Below are positions 15,101 through 39,395 of a stretch of 64,000 nucleotides of DNA, in pieces; the stretch's first letter is position 1; each line of letters begins with the position of its first letter. Below the pieces are notes generated by a model that was not told the DNA's origin, did no database searches, and worked only from the letters and a program-made list of their open reading frames with translations. Position numbers and translations under genes: made by a program. The stretch comes from Callorhinchus milii (Eukaryota), in assembly GCF_018977255.1 (NCBI RefSeq), contig NW_024704742.1, positions 4,900,001-4,964,000 of the forward strand, read 5' to 3'.

Positions 15101-18100
15101 TACATTCTAAGCCAATTCTTATTGCATTGCAATATCTGCATTTGCTTTGACAGATGTAATATTAAACTTCTATATTTCCAGGTCTTGACATTGGTAGACG
15201 GTCACATCCCAAGCTTGATCCACAGGAGAGACTATGTTTCCCACTTTCCAATTGCTCCACTTGTTTGTTTGAGTGTCTCCCAATGGTTCAATGAGTAAAT
15301 TGCACTGCACCAAATATAAAAAAAAATGTCTGAGGTATAAACTTGGGCTGAGTGTGCCAATCTCAGAAATAATTCTCACCTCCAGTTGCTGTCTATTACT
15401 CCCCCAACCCCCACCATCCTCTGTGTGAGGTCACTGTGCAAAGACAAGATTGGGCTCTGCTGTGAAGCCTTTGCAGTTTATCAAGCACCTGCTGATATTT
15501 ATGCTTATGTTCGCATACAACAGCCAAGGGATGAATTATGGAAAGGAATGTCTTATGGCAGGTCGTATACTTCTGTACAAGTCAACACAACACCTTCAGG
15601 AGGGAGAATATTAAAATAACATTGCATTTCATGTAAAGGTCAAATTAACCTGCTATAATCAGTTTGCTCAAATGCCCACTGACTGTTTCCATACACTCAA
15701 GCACTTCGTCGCCAGTGGTAGTTTTAAAAACCTGCTATATGCAACCCCAGAACAAATCAAGCCACAGATCAGTCGGGAACTAGCTTTGAATCACAATTAA
15801 CTATGTTTCAGTGATAGTCACATCTTGGAACTCAATAGTAAGGAAGTCCCTCCTAGGCCCTGCACAACCATCCGTCTCATTCCCTGTACCCTGCACAGCC
15901 AATCCATCTGATCCCTCCTAAATTCTGCAAATCAATCCATTTATTCTAAACACTGTTTACTCCATCCCTTTTAAACCTGCACCATCCCAAATGGAAAAGG
16001 GTTTGTGATATCTGTTGTAATAGGACCACACTGGACACTATCCATCTGCCTGATGTGAACTAGTGTTTATGTTAAAACAAATACAATCTGGTAAACGTGT
16101 TATTGAAAAAAGAGGAAAGCGATTGAGCCAAACAACAACAAATTAGATTTGTATAGCACCTTTCACGTCAGGAGGACAATCAGGGCTTTGGACCCAAGCA
16201 GGAGCTTGGGATAAGGAAGGGTGGAGGGCAGGAATAGGAGAATGATCGAGCATTGCACCATAGAAAGGTGTCTGAATGAGCTCACCTGTATCTATGGTTT
16301 TAAAAAAAATCCCTAAATAAAATTGAAATTTTAAGTTTGTTGAACATAAATACGTGGCTTTAAAATTGAAACGGTACTCACTTCAGATAACCATCAATCA
16401 CAGATAACATTCGATCCATCTCGACATCCTTTTTCTCATAGAGCTCTTTTCCAACCCAGGGCAGAGAACAGAGCACAGTGTGCACATACCAATCACAACG
16501 TACCTAACAGCACAATAACAAAATCAGGATTTGAACAGCAACCAAAGGTGATGGATTTTCATTTCACAAGTTTACTGGGAAAAACTTTTTTGTTGATATA
16601 AACAACCCCATAATAAAAGCAGGGAGGGTCTTACCTGTGGCGCATCTTCTTCCTGAGTTACATTGACAAAGTTTTCAAACATTGCCACCATTGAAGGAGC
16701 GGCAATAACATGGCAATTAACGAGATCACACAAAAAACGGACCTAGAAAGAGAATATGTGGCCATCTTTAGTTTAACAGGTCTCAACTTTCCCTTGTCAC
16801 AGGTTACTTTTTTTTTTTAAGTTTTGAAAAATGAACCAAAAAATAACTTATGCGCTGTGATCTGTACCAACTGTTATTATTTAAGTATCTGTTTTCTGGA
16901 GAGATGTAATACTTTGCGGTCTGCCTTTCTCAATGGCAATGCCAGAATGCCTCCTTCAGGTTTGTGTGTGAGGTCTCTGGTCTCATTTAAAAAGCAGCTT
17001 GATGCTGTGGTGGGTGTTCAGGAGAGATGAGAACAGAATGGCCAAAGGGCCTTCTTGATTCAAATCAATCTTGTGATCCGGTGAACTGTTAAGTTAGTGG
17101 GATAAAGGCTATGATGCCTCTGAACAGTTCAGGTCCATCTCAGTCACATCCAGGTACATCTGATGTGAAAAATATTGAACACACTACAAAACTGCAGTGG
17201 CTTAGCATGTGTACTTTAATCAGCTACACAAAGATTGTAATACTGCAGTTTGTTTACTTGACAAAATCTACAAAACAGTCCATTTTTTTGGCATTTTCAA
17301 CTTATTTTAGTTTATACTTAGAACCAAAGGGTATATAAAATTGACCTTTTTAATTATGAAACTGATATCTAATGTTTGGGGTATAAAGTTACAATCATTC
17401 GCTAATATAATGGACATTGGATGTAGCCACAATGGTATCACTAATTCTATGCTAAAAGCTTTTGATTTAATTGATGTAAATATTGAGCGACTTGGTATAC
17501 CGTTTTATCCAATATGTTGAAAAGCACTGCCAGAGAATTACAAAACGATTCACTATTTGTCAATGGTTAACTAAAAAAAACTGAAGTGCATATTAAATAC
17601 TTATGATCTAAATAAAGGCATATGATCTGTTCTAATATCACTTTGTAAATATCCGTATTAAAGTAGTCCCTCCACAGTAGAGAATCTTATATGTAAGAGA
17701 CCAGACCAGCTTTACAGAAAGAGGGCCCAATCAACCGGTAACGTATCGTTAAGTTGTATCTGCGGCTCAATCATTAATAAAAAACAAAATGTGAACACTG
17801 CACTGAAGGAGATGATGCAATATAGTCTCTTCAGAGCACAACAGAAACAACAACAGGCAATAAATAGTAAACAATAGAAAAAAAGGCAACACTTACAAGA
17901 AACACTGCCTCATTATACAAATTATTTTTCAAAGCTTCCTTGAGTTGCCTAATCATGGCTTCGACAAACTCTCCACCAAAGTTATAGTTTCTGGCATTCA
18001 GCAGTCCCACCAGCGTTGTGTACACAGTTAGCTTTTCAGGAAGCATACGAGCTCTGGAAGATAAATTGTATTATCAACATCCACAGGTATAACGTCTGGC

Positions 18101-21100
18101 TGCAATAATACCCACTAATGTGACAGGAGGGAATGATATTTTAACCAATTCGGAATTATATCTAGCATATTCTATCGCCTGAAGCTCTGAATACAGTATG
18201 CTAGATAAAATTCCACCTGCCTAAATTATTAAAATGTTGTCATTTTATCCAGATTTGCTATCTCAAAATTGCACAAGATTTTCTGATTAAAAAGAACACG
18301 ATTAAAAATGTCCTTGCACTGCGTACACTTAATCATTCTGATGACATTTTTTATTTGGGTCATCCCACTGGAAGAAATATTTTACACAAAGATTTGTGTA
18401 ATCATACCATATCATAGCACATATACCATTGTACAAAGTAATGCTTCATCCAACTTACACGGAGCAAAGTATTCTCAGGATTTTACTTTTATAGTTCGGC
18501 AGGTCAGCTTCTAAAACTCCAGCCAGGCCTTCCAGGTTACTTTCCAATGAGGAAGTGCTCTGTAAATCAAAAATTAAAATAAATACCTCGTGGAATATTC
18601 AGAACATTGCATGCATAGTACACACTGGAGAATTATGGCGCCACAAATCACTGTCCGACAAATACAATGGTGAACGAAGTACATGATTTACAATCACGAT
18701 TTATGACCATTATGATACCTCTCAAGATAACCATAGTTTTGAATACCGATTTAAAATGCACAATTTGGAGATTAAATAAAACATAACATTTTTGAATGAT
18801 ACAATCAGAATTAGATGATTAATCTCATTTATAAATCTTAACCTTAAGAGATCTGGACTGCTTGTTAATTAGTGTAAAAACACCACCACATACTAGTTGG
18901 ACCAAATGGCCTGCTTCAATGCTGTACAGTCTACATACAATCTAAGTAATCTATCCGCATACTTATATTCAATTTGTGGTGCCTTATAGGAAAACAGATA
19001 AAGTCATTGAAGGGATACACATTTCAGAAATAGTTCATATGAAACATTGAAAAAAGCTAGCGAAACCTTGGACAATAATGTGGTGCCTTTAATCAGGAGT
19101 TAAAGGGCAAACCAAAATATCAATTGCAGAGAAAATTACATTAATGAGGGATAGGACACCTCAGGCGATGTGCTTAAAGAGTTAGAAGAGAGCGGACCCT
19201 CTAGAAAAACTCCAGAAGCTGTCAGGAGTAATTTCAGTAACCAAGTCAGATGAACAACAAGCTTACTATGTATTTCACAAAGCTCTGTGCATGAGGGGTC
19301 AAAGTATTTTAAAACAAACACTACACAAAAGACGCAATCTCAGTGATGTCAACAGATCAACCACTTTGACAACACATTTAAAGACACTTGCTTGAACTGG
19401 GAGGAAGGATGCACAAATAGATTTTACATCAAGAGATTGACAGATTTTGAAGCATTTCTAGATTTGTAAGATTAGCTCCTCAGTAAAAATCAATTGGTAC
19501 TTTGAAATAAAAGCCACATTCCATCGCTACAGAAGTATGAAAATCACGCTGAAATAAAGTCCTGTACCTTTTCTCCAACACGACATATCAAAGATTCCAG
19601 ACGGTCTTCGATTTCAATTGGCTCCGATGTCCTTCTCCTCTTGTGAGGTTGCCCTGTTTAAAAAAACACAAATTATTTGCTGCAAAGTCTTTCGAGTCAA
19701 TCTGCACATCAGTCGGTAAGTGACACATTTCAGATTCTGTATTAGCTATTGCTGTGGTGCCTCTTCTACGAATTCAACTGTAGGCCTCATCATGAATTTA
19801 AGAAAACGAGTGAATTAAAAAGTTCAAATGATTGAATAAAAGTTCAAGTAACTTCATAAAATAATTCAGAGAACTCATTCCCTTGACATTTGACCCTCAG
19901 GACCTCAAGACTACACCACAAGAGCAAATATTATATCAAATCAATCTGAAAGCATCACTCGGAATTCCCAATCTAATGGATCTTGTCTCTAATTTTAAGG
20001 CAATCAATATTCCTTAAGTGGCATTGGTTGGGATAAAATCATGGCAGCACTACATAAATTAAGAACACTCTTTGTTTCAAACTTGTTATAAAATACTCCT
20101 GTTATCCTACAAAGTGGGGTAGACAAGTGGAGCAGGCATCTGCTATGCAGTTGTGCTCAGTTTTAATAAGCGATAAAGGCCAGGAAGGAACAAAGTCAAT
20201 CTCTGATTCATTCTAAATTAGTTCAGCTGGGACAGGAATAGGTGCACTCAAATGATCTTCACGAGTGAATTATTCATTGCGATACAGTGACGTTTGCTGA
20301 AACATGCTTTTGTGTAAAGGTTAGGTGTGAACTGGGTTAAGACTTGAAACCCCATATCCATCATATTGGAGACTAAATTGCAGTGTTCTTAATCAGATTA
20401 AACGCCCATCCATAACTTTGTCTCTAATCCAATGTTTTCTCTTCTGATCTTCCCATTTCTATTCTTTTACATACTTCAATTGAACCACAGATCCCCATGC
20501 TGAGTCCTGTCCCACATTCCCATCACTATGACTTTGCTAAAATACTTTCTTCTGTTCCTCAGCTGATCAATCTGAAGATCCTTTTCCTCAGTTTCAATCC
20601 CTTTGTGACTTTACTCTATTATACCTGAGCAATCTTCTCCAGCCCACATCTCCCATTCTCCATCAGAAGATAATAATAATAATCCTTGCATTTGATATAG
20701 CGTTTTTCACGTCTTCTCGACGTCTCAAAGCGCTTCACAGAATAGACTGTAAAGTGAATTGACCGTTTATTTGTGGGCGAAACGCCAGATAGTTTAGATG
20801 ACAGCTTAGGCATCATTTGTCTGTCGACTGAAATATTTAGATCGTATAACAACAACAAAATTACAATCGCCCAAGTCATACATCTACTTAGGTCCCATTG
20901 AATTTCTGATCACGTGGAGAGTGAAGGGGACGTGTCTCTGTGTACTATGAATGGGAACTCTGCCCATTCGTGTCTTGACTGGAGCACAGTTTCATGGCTA
21001 CAAGAGCAGTGCTGTACTGAGGACTGAGGTGCGCATGTTTAATCTGTTCAAAGCAGGCACTGGAAACAAAGTTTTTGACCCGGCAGCTGATAAGTTCCAT

Positions 21101-23317
21101 TGCAGCATTTTGAACTGTGCGACTGTTAATACGGTTTCCTCCAACTGTGTAAAGCATAAGGCTACGCCTAATATAACTTTATAACCGAGGCAATTAAGTG
21201 GACTCAACATCAACTCTTAAATAATTCACGCATTTGTATCATTTCCTACTACAAGAAAAATAAAATAAAATCAGGGAAGGTTGCAGGAACATTCAAATAT
21301 TTACAGATATTTAAACCGGTTGAAAACTACATGAAAATGGCTGTTCTGGAACATGATGGTCTGAAAATTTCCTTTTTGAAACCTTGCCTTAATGTCACTA
21401 GCCAATTCAGTACTTGTGTGTTTGTTATGTGCAAATCATATGAAATCTGACTTACACACAACTTTACACAAGCCATATATGAGACGACTTTATGGAAGTT
21501 TGACACAACTCATACTTTGCATAAGTCCTATTGGTCCCAACTGATACGACTTATGTGAGGTTCACTATACTTCTCATAATCTCTCTCTGCATTGAAACGT
21601 ATCTATATGACTACGACTTTTCTTTTTGCCCACAAATATACGGTCAATTCACTTTACAGTATATTCTGTGAAGCGCTTTGAGCCGTCTAGAAGACGTGAA
21701 AAGTGCTACATCAAATGCAAGGATTATTATTATTTATGCCTAGTTATCTCTAAAATCAATTCAAATATACATGAACTGTTCCAATTATGCCCTTCAAGAT
21801 GTTCTTTTATGTGAACAGCGCTACATAAACACAAATGAGTTACTGACTCATACTGTAGTATGAATGCAAAATACCCTGGGTCTTTTCTTCAGAACCAGGC
21901 CGGAGATTGTAGCGTTTCTTGAGGCAGTTTCTTAACAGTATCAAATGAAGTTGCCACCCAGCAGCAAACAGTGCATCACATTGACCCTCAGGAACTCGCA
22001 GTTTAATGTAATCTACTTCCAGAACAGCGCCACTGACAAAAGTCAGGTGTCGGTACCTAAACTGAGTTTTTTTTCCCTCTCCTCAGCTGAGACATTTTTC
22101 GTGCTTCCAATCTCTGCCCTGGCTCCCGATCAGCCAACGGCACAGACGGCAAATCAAACATAGAACCTTCCAGGTTTTTTGCCCGCACAAGTCATATTGT
22201 GACCCCCAGCTTTTCCGGGCGTAATAATCCCTTCAAATGTTTTTTTTTAAAATAATAATTTGGTCACTCAATCCCACAGCTGTTTGCGGAGACGTCGCTG
22301 CGCGCAACTGCCTGCTGCGAGTCCACCTACAACGTATACAGTCGATTCACTTTACAGTCGATCCTGTGAAGCGTTTTGAGGCGCCTCGAAGGCGTGATAA
22401 GGCCCCGTATCAAATGCAAGGATTATTATCGGGGGTCCTGTAGCTCGGTGGACTAGAGCGCGAGAGACCTGGGTTCAATTCCAGGCCTGGCCCAACCTTG
22501 GGCAAGTTTCCTCACTCCGCTCGCCTCATAATAATCCCCTCCGAAAAAGAACCACAAAACAATAATAAATTGGTCACTTTCAATCCACGGCTGTCGGCGG
22601 GGACGCTGCTGCGAGCGACCGGCTGCCGCGTTACGCCCGCAAGCGACGTGCGGTCAATTCGCTTTGCGGCGTGTGCCGCGACAGCGCGTTGGAGACGTCG
22701 AGCAGACGCGAAAAAAGGCGCCGCATCGAATGCCGGGATTATTATCATTATTACCAGCGTGTATTATTATTATTATATTATTATTATATTATTATTATAT
22801 CATTATTAGGTATCATTAGATATCATCATTACGCGGCCGTTAGAAACCGAGCCACAAGTTTGCTCTCAGTGAAGCCTGAGGGTCTCCCAGGAGCGTTTGC
22901 TGCTAACCCCCTCCCCACCGCCCTCACCACCTCCTCCTCCTCCCCGAGCTACAGCAGGTCGGAGTCCCGGGGGAGGAGTGGGGGAGGAGTGGGGGGGAGG
23001 GGGGAGGAGTGGGGGAGGAGTGGGGGGAGGGGGAGGAGTGGGGGGGGGGGGAGGAGTGGGGGGGGGTGGGGAGGAGGGGGAGGAGTGGGGGGGGAGGAGT
23101 GGGGGGGGGGGAGGAGTGGGGGAGTGGGGGGGAGGGGGGGGGGGAGGGGGAGGAGTGGGGGAGTGGGGGGGGGGTCTGGCTTGGGCCCTGTCCAGCCCCG
23201 GCCCCACCGCCTCAATGGCGCCCGCTCGCAGGCCGCGTGCGGCTCGGCTCGGCTCGACGCGACTCGACGCTCGGCTTCTTTACCGTCGTTGTCGTCGCTG
23301 TGCCGCCTCCTGGACAT
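64..23317 (-). CDS. NCBP1: Nuclear cap-binding protein subunit 1 (CBP80), coding exons 1-21, spliced; 3' end lies beyond the window start
   Basis: 21 GT-AG exons translate to [23 protein letters not shown]...[20 protein letters not shown]...[18 protein letters not shown]...[16 protein letters not shown], matching vertebrate CBP80; summed length 2144 nt is 1 nt short of frame (exon 15). Confidence 0.97.
546..660 (-). CDS. NCBP1: NCBP1 exon 20
   Basis: [38 protein letters not shown]. Confidence 0.95.
756..859 (-). CDS. NCBP1: NCBP1 exon 19
   Basis: [34 protein letters not shown]. Confidence 0.95.
905..1090 (-). mobile_element. SINE 3' half with (ATT)n tail; similar copies near 1615, 5430, 6140, 6905, 11770, 12715, 20670, 21625, 35157, 38320, 46960, 48560, 53460
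   Basis: Recurrent GTCAATTCACTTTACAGTATATTCTGTGAAGCGCTTTGAGACGTCTCGAAGACGTGATAAGGCGCT...AAATGCAAGGATTATT. Confidence 0.85.
1386..1479 (-). CDS. NCBP1: NCBP1 exon 18
   Basis: [31 protein letters not shown]. Confidence 0.95.
2515..2617 (-). CDS. NCBP1: NCBP1 exon 17
   Basis: [33 protein letters not shown]. Confidence 0.95.
3210..3332 (-). CDS. NCBP1: NCBP1 exon 16
   Basis: [40 protein letters not shown]. Confidence 0.95.
3930..4032 (-). CDS. NCBP1: NCBP1 exon 15 (contains an apparent 1-nt deletion)
   Basis: [23 protein letters not shown], then a frameshift, then [10 protein letters not shown]; 103 nt where the flanking phases need 104. Confidence 0.9.
4557..4631 (-). CDS. NCBP1: NCBP1 exon 14
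   Basis: [25 protein letters not shown]. Confidence 0.95.
6583..6645 (-). CDS. NCBP1: NCBP1 exon 13
   Basis: [21 protein letters not shown]. Confidence 0.95.
7693..7757 (-). CDS. NCBP1: NCBP1 exon 12
   Basis: [22 protein letters not shown]. Confidence 0.95.
7758..8181 (-). other. NCBP1: U12-type (minor spliceosome) GT-AG intron, NCBP1 intron 11
   Basis: 5' splice site GTATCCTTT; branch-point-like TACTTAAC (7771-7778) 13 nt before the 3' splice site; no polypyrimidine tract. Confidence 0.9.
8182..8292 (-). CDS. NCBP1: NCBP1 exon 11
   Basis: [37 protein letters not shown]; donor GTATCCTTT. Confidence 0.95.
9064..9127 (-). CDS. NCBP1: NCBP1 exon 10
   Basis: [21 protein letters not shown]. 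Confidence 0.95.
9810..9907 (-). CDS. NCBP1: NCBP1 exon 9
   Basis: [32 protein letters not shown]. Confidence 0.95.
9928..10275 (-). mobile_element. tRNA-derived SINE with (ATT)n tail
   Basis: Head, body and tail homologous to other copies. Confidence 0.75.
10600..11345 (+). mobile_element. L2-clade LINE 3' end
   Basis: [20 protein letters not shown]...[29 protein letters not shown]; tail GTGAAAGGCGCTATACAAATG...(TTG). Confidence 0.88.
12010..12440 (-). mobile_element. Old CR1-clade RT fragment
   Basis: Minus strand reads [12 protein letters not shown] and SGIPKEL-like RT motifs. Confidence 0.55.
13075..13290 (-). CDS. NCBP1: NCBP1 exon 8
   Basis: [49 protein letters not shown]...FDYTDAPE. 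Confidence 0.95.
13500..13600. repeat. 12-bp minisatellite (GACAGACACAGA)n
   Basis: About 7 tandem units. Confidence 0.95.
14170..14565 (+). mobile_element. Deu-domain SINE; further copies near 29510, 30160, 34530 (+) and 37340-37960, 49620, 56020 (-)
   Basis: Same core TTTCGGATAAGATGTTAACCGAG...AAAGATCCCAC. Confidence 0.7.
14973..15042 (-). CDS. NCBP1: NCBP1 exon 7
   Basis: [23 protein letters not shown]. Confidence 0.93.
16382..16503 (-). CDS. NCBP1: NCBP1 exon 6
   Basis: [40 protein letters not shown]. Confidence 0.95.
16635..16742 (-). CDS. NCBP1: NCBP1 exon 5
   Basis: [36 protein letters not shown]. Confidence 0.95.
17897..18053 (-). CDS. NCBP1: NCBP1 exon 4
   Basis: [52 protein letters not shown]. 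Confidence 0.95.
18459..18559 (-). CDS. NCBP1: NCBP1 exon 3
   Basis: [38 protein letters not shown]. Confidence 0.95.
19568..19653 (-). CDS. NCBP1: NCBP1 exon 2
   Basis: [33 protein letters not shown]. Confidence 0.95.
22432..22810 (+). mobile_element. tRNA-derived SINE, GC-shifted copy with expanded (ATT)n tail
   Basis: Head GGGGTCCTGTAGCTCGGTGG...GGTTCAATTCC; body and tail align to other copies. Confidence 0.8.
22968..23175. repeat. G-rich tandem repeat (GGGGAGGAGTGG)-like
   Basis: Directly visible; many G-runs. Confidence 0.95.
23284..23317 (-). CDS. NCBP1: NCBP1 exon 1 coding part ([12 protein letters not shown])
   Basis: GCCATG start, 34 nt, donor GTAAAG. Confidence 0.95.
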
Positions 23318-23470
23318 GGCTACTGCTGCTGCTGCTGCTCCCGCCCTCGCCCTCGCCGCCGCCCGACAAACACAACGACCCGCCGCCGCTGCTACTGCTA
23401 CAGCCGTCCGTCCCCCCCCCCGTGTGTGGCCTGAGCCGGAGCCCCGCACCCACCCAACGCCTCTCTCCCG

Positions 23471-23505
<35 letters not shown>

Positions 23506-24165
23506 TCCGACCCACACACCCACAGCGGCGATGATGGCGCCTCTACTAGCGCTTCCGGGTCACAGTCCCGTCTCGCGCTCTCTCTCTCTCCCCCCCTCCC
23601 CCTTACCTCCTTCCGGCACTGCGCCGCCACTTCCGCTTCCGGGGGCACCGCCGGCAGAGCGCGAGCGAGTCAGCGCCGCAGGAGCCGCCGCCGCCGCCGC
23701 TCTCACCCCCACACACCCCACCACCGCCACCGCCACTGAGGTGTATATCTCTCTCACTATTACACACTCACACTCTGAGAGTTCGCACATAATAATAATA
23801 ATAATGACGATGGTAATGATCCTTTGCGCCTGACCCCGCGCCTGACCCCTCCGCGTCTGTCGTCCGGCAGCGGCCCCGCGGGGGGGTGAGGTGGGGGGAG
23901 GGGGTGAGGGGGGGAGGACGGGCCCCCGCGTCCCTCCCGCCAACACCGCCCGGTCCTCATTTCGCCCTTCGCGCCGCTCTTCCGTTCCCCGGGCGGCGCT
24001 CTCGAGACGGCGGGGAGACCGGGGGGGGGGGACCGGGGGGGGAGGGGGAGAGGGCGCGACGAGGTGAAGGCGAAGGATGGGGAACCGACCGACCGACCGC
24101 GCCGCGCGTCCTGCGGGCGAGACCCGGGCGGCCGACCGACGGCGCGCAATCGGCGTATCCCCTCC

Positions 24166-24555
24166 TACACCCCCCACACACACACCCCACCCCCCCACAC
24201 ACACACCCCCCCACACACACACACACCCCCCACACACACACCCCACCCGCCCCCACACACACACACACACACCCCCACACACACACACACCCCCCACACA
24301 CACACCCACACCCGCCCCCACACACACACACACACACACCCACACACACACACACCCCCACACACACACCCCCCCTCACCCCCACACACACACACCCTCC
24401 CCCCCACACACCCCCACACACACACCCCCCCCCCACACACCCCCCCCCACACACACCCCATCCCCCCACACACACCCCCCACCCCACACACACCCCCACC
24501 CACACCCCCCCCCACACACACACACACACACCCCCACACACACCCCCCACACCCA
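24166..24555. repeat. (CA)n/(CCCCA) compound low-complexity tract
   Basis: Directly visible. Confidence 0.95.
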
Positions 24556-24599
24556 CGAACAGTCGAGGGTCACCGAATAATTTTCTATATTTTCTTTCC

Positions 24600-24796
24600 T
24601 TTCGAAGGGGCCGTTGTTGTTTCCGGCCGGAAGAGCGATCCCGCCGCTCGACTATAGACCACCGGCTGGCTGTTTGCCGCGAGGTAAACGGGGGAGAAAG
24701 GAGACTTGCCCAGCGTTTCGCCGCCTGCCCGGGAATAGAACCCGGGATCCGCTCGCCTGTGGGGCGAGTGCTCGAACCACTGAGCTACAGAACTCC
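24600..24796 (-). mobile_element. tRNA-derived SINE 5' half
   Basis: Homologous to 62600-62776. Confidence 0.75.
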
Positions 24797-25176
24797 ACAA
24801 AGTACTCTGCCTTGCCGACAGAAATATAGGTATATACACATTCACACTGACTCTGAGAGTTTATACTCTGTGAGGTTTTTATGTATATATATATATATAC
24901 ACTGACTATGTAAGAGCCTAATATATATAAAATTTATACCGACTGTGAGAGACTAATTAACTGTATATAAAATATATACTCATTGACTCTGCATGCGTGT
25001 GCGTGAGAGAGACCATGAACACACAGAAAGTGACTGACTGAGAAAGAAAGATTACAGAGAGTGTTTGTCTGAAAATGAGTTTCTGAGAGAGTGAGTATCT
25101 GTGAGGCTGAGCATTCGGCTGTGGTGAGAGTTATAATAATCTTTGCATTTCAGTTGCTGTGAGTATAATCTATGCC

Positions 25177-39395
<14,219 letters not shown>

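Larger units (their letters stand above)
22280..24800. promoter_or_regulatory. CpG island and NCBP1-TSTD2 bidirectional promoter
   Basis: Very high GC and CpG density; ETS/GABP-type CTTCCGG at 23552, 23610 and 23636, ACTTCCG at 23629; YY1-like GATGGCG near 23533; divergent genes on either side. Confidence 0.85.

Noticed and set aside
22671..24905. Long overlapping ORFs of up to 339 aa (Gly-, Pro-, His/Thr- or Val/Cys-rich)
   Set aside because: They result from stop-poor G-rich, CA-rich and CpG-island sequence; only the 34-nt NCBP1 exon 1 is supported as coding
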